Below are positions 38,787-41,312 of a stretch of 41,312 nt of DNA, piece after piece (position 1 is the stretch's first letter; each line of letters begins with the position of its first letter). The notes beneath the pieces were generated by a model. It made no database searches. It was not told the DNA's origin and saw only the letters and a program-made list of their open reading frames with translations. Origin of the DNA: Mycobacteriaceae bacterium (GTDB lineage: Bacteria; Actinomycetota; Actinomycetes; Mycobacteriales; Mycobacteriaceae); NCBI GenBank assembly GCA_037129875.1, contig JBAXUD010000001.1, positions 1-41,312 on the forward strand, given 5' to 3'. Position numbers and translations under genes: made by a program.

Positions 38787-40131
38787 AGACATCATCGACG
38801 TCACCGCCCTGCCGCTGGCACCGGAGAACCCGATGCCTCGCCGCGAGCAACTGCTTGCCTTGCGCAATTTCCACACCGGGTTTGAGGCGCTGCGCGATGC
38901 CGGCGGTCCGGTGACCCGCCTGGTGCTGGGCCCCAAGTGGCTGGTCCCGCCGATCGTGGTGGTGACCTCACCGCGTGGCGGACGCGACATGTTGGGGCGC
39001 ACCGATGCGTTCGTCGACAAGACCCGCATTCACCGCGAGGTGCGTAACATTCTGGGCGGCAATCTATTCAGCCTTCCGCACGCCGAATGGCTGCCGCGTC
39101 GCCGCACGGTGCAGCACATCTTCACCAAACAACACGTCCGCGACTTCGGTGGCCACATGGCCCAAGCGGCACAAGCGATCTGCGGCAGCTGGGCCGACGG
39201 CTCCTACGTCGACCTCGACAGCCAGTGCCGCCTGCTGACGTTGCGGGCGCTGGGCCGTTCGGTGCTCGGCCTGGACCTCGACGAACGCAGCGACACGATC
39301 GCCCAACCGCTGCAGGTCGCCCTGTCCTACGCCGCAGACCGCACCGCGCGCCCAGTCCCGGCACCGAGCTGGCTGCCGACTCCCGCACGCCGGCGGGCAC
39401 GGGGCGCCAGCGCGACCCTGCACCTGCTGGCCCGCGACATCCTCGCCGAGTGCCGGGCCGACGCGGGCCGGGACGCGCCGCTGGTGCGGGCGTTGATGGA
39501 GGCCACTGATCCGGAAACCGGGCGACCACTGTCCGATGAGGCCATCTGCGACGAGTTGATCGTGTTCATCCTGGCCGGACACGACACCACCGCCACGACG
39601 CTGACCTACGCGTTGTGGCAGCTGGGCCGCCACCGGCGCATGCAGGATCGGGTCCGCGCAGAGGCCGACGCCGTGGGCCAACCAACCCCCGAGAACGTGC
39701 ACCAGCTCACCTACACCGTGCAGGTCCTCCGCGAGGCGCTTCGGCTGTGCCCGCCGGCCGCACAGGTGTCGCGAACCGCAATGCGCGACATCGAGGTTGA
39801 CGGCTACCGCGTCGAGGCCGGTTCCATGATCGGCTTCGGCATCTGGGCGGTCCAGCGCGACCCGGCGTTGTGGGATGACCCGTTGACCTTCGACCCCGAC
39901 CGCTTCAGCCCGCAACAAGCCAAGCAACGCGACCGGTGGCAGTACCTGCCGTTCGGCGCAGGGCCGCGCTCCTGCATAGGCGATCACTTCGCCATGTTGG
40001 AAGCCACTCTCGCCCTGGCGACGATCATCGGCCAATGCGAGATCGGCTCGCTCAGCGATGAGTTCCCGGTCGCCGTTCCCTTCACCACGGTGGCGGCCAA
40101 ACCGGTTCCGGCTCTGGTGAGGCCTCGATGA
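38773..40131 (+). CDS. Cytochrome P450
   Basis: I-helix AGHDTT, EALR (ExxR), FDPDRF, heme motif FGAGPRSCIG; AAGGAG RBS. Confidence 0.95.
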   Translation: MVATRDIIDVTALPLAPENPMPRREQLLALRNFHTGFEALRDAGGPVTRLVLGPKWLVPPIVVVTSPRGGRDMLGRTDAFVDKTRIHREVRNILGGNLFSLPHAEWLPRRRTVQHIFTKQHVRDFGGHMAQAAQAICGSWADGSYVDLDSQCRLLTLRALGRSVLGLDLDERSDTIAQPLQVALSYAADRTARPVPAPSWLPTPARRRARGASATLHLLARDILAECRADAGRDAPLVRALMEATDPETGRPLSDEAICDELIVFILAGHDTTATTLTYALWQLGRHRRMQDRVRAEADAVGQPTPENVHQLTYTVQVLREALRLCPPAAQVSRTAMRDIEVDGYRVEAGSMIGFGIWAVQRDPALWDDPLTFDPDRFSPQQAKQRDRWQYLPFGAGPRSCIGDHFAMLEATLALATIIGQCEIGSLSDEFPVAVPFTTVAAKPVPALVRPR

Positions 40132-40242
40132 GCGGCGAACAGGCTCCTCGGCGTGCGGATCACCGTCTTGGCATGGACGTCGTCAGTTACGAGCGCTTCA
40201 ATCGCTTACTGGCCTGCAGGGGGGAACCCAGAGAGAAGGTCG

Positions 40243-41312
40243 ATGATGAACTGGTCACGACGGCTCGCGCTGCGTAACGCGCTGCGCGCCGAGGCTCGGC
40301 ACAACTCCTGGCAGGGCCTACTGGCCGTCCACGGCACGCCACTGCTGGTGCTCGATCCCGACCGGGTCGCCACCCGATACCGCATGCTGGCCAAGCAACT
40401 GCGCGGGTTCCGCCTGCACTACGCGGTCAAGGCCCTGCCGCACCCCGCGGTCCTGATGACGGTCGCGGCCTGGGGCGGAGGCTTCGACGTCGCCACCAAT
40501 GCCGAGGTGGACCTGCTGCGGACCATGCGGATGCCGATGGACCGCTGCGTGCACACCCATCCGGTCAAGAAGCCCGCGGACATCGAGCACGCATACCGCG
40601 CCGGGGTGCGCACCTTCGTGGTGGACAACCCCGTCGAGGCACAGAAGTTCACCTCGATGCCGGCCGACATCGAGGTCTTGGTGCGTCTCGGCTTCCCGAA
40701 TCCGACCGCGAAATCCGACCTGTCGACCAAGTTCGGCGTCTCGCCGCGCGAGGCCGACCTGATCGTCAAGCACGTCATCGCGGCAGGAGTCCGCTTCGCG
40801 GGCTTTAGTTTCCACGTCGGCAGTCAGAGCGCGTGCGTCGAGCCGTACCGGACCGCGCTGCGCGAGACACTCCAGCTGATCGACCATGTCGAGCACACCC
40901 TCGACGTGCGCGCCCGGGTGATCGACATCGGCGGGGGATTCCCGGTCGACTACCGCGAATCGATGCCCGGCATAGAGTCGGTAGGCGCGATCGTCGACGA
41001 GGTCCTGGGCGAGCGGCGACGCGATTTCGCGCTGATGGCCGAGCCTGGCCGGTTCCTGGTCGCGGATTCGATGACACTGCTGAGCAGCGTGGTGGGCTCC
41101 GCGTTGCGCGACGGGCGCACCTGGCACTATCTCGACGACGGGGTGTACGGGAGCTATTCGAACGTGCTCACCGAGGATGTGCACCCACCGATCCTCTCCC
41201 TGCGCGAGGTGCTCGACGACGGGCCGGATGAACACAGCTTCGAATCGGTCACCCTTGCCGGGCCCACGTGCGACAGCGCCGACGTCGTCGCGCACGACTA
41301 TCCGATGCCACC
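40243..41312 (+). CDS. Fold-type III PLP-dependent decarboxylase (ornithine decarboxylase-like), 3' truncated by window
   Basis: Absent from the ORF track (no stop in window); manual translation gives YAVKALPHP, KFG, SFHVGSQ, IDIGGGFP, AEPGRFLV, DDGVYGS, GPTCDSAD. Confidence 0.9.
   Translation, partial: MMNWSRRLALRNALRAEARHNSWQGLLAVHGTPLLVLDPDRVATRYRMLAKQLRGFRLHYAVKALPHPAVLMTVAAWGGGFDVATNAEVDLLRTMRMPMDRCVHTHPVKKPADIEHAYRAGVRTFVVDNPVEAQKFTSMPADIEVLVRLGFPNPTAKSDLSTKFGVSPREADLIVKHVIAAGVRFAGFSFHVGSQSACVEPYRTALRETLQLIDHVEHTLDVRARVIDIGGGFPVDYRESMPGIESVGAIVDEVLGERRRDFALMAEPGRFLVADSMTLLSSVVGSALRDGRTWHYLDDGVYGSYSNVLTEDVHPPILSLREVLDDGPDEHSFESVTLAGPTCDSADVVAHDYPMP

Noticed and set aside
40318-41295. 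325-aa minus-strand ORF
   Set aside because: Shadow of the plus-strand PLP decarboxylase missed by the ORF track

Overview
High-GC actinobacterial DNA, most consistent with a rapidly growing Mycobacterium/Mycolicibacterium (inferred from the antigen-85-like esterase, F420 LLM enzymes, acyl-ACP desaturase and cyclase-NTPase/P450 pair). About 30 CDS. No tRNA, rRNA, CRISPR or transposase was recognised. The left two-thirds is a patchwork of accessory metabolic and envelope genes: polar amino acid ABC transporter, a zinc-ribbon membrane protein fused to an S53 peptidase, an orphan XRE regulator with tandem operators, amidase plus agmatine deiminase, and an Anbu/N-formylglutamate amidohydrolase/transglutaminase operon. 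The most striking element is 25.9-40.1 kb. A small-molecule kinase gene sits 1 nt upstream of a 2717-aa NLR-like protein (double Zn ribbon, class III cyclase, STAND ATPase, helical repeats, then six ~825-bp units of two NTF2/SnoaL-like domains arranged (A-B-A-B')x3). That gene converges on a second cyclase-STAND gene, which is divergent from a cytochrome P450. The kinase-STAND-STAND block is bracketed by diverged direct copies of the P450 promoter/RBS/start region. All domain calls come from motif recognition by eye, not database searches.
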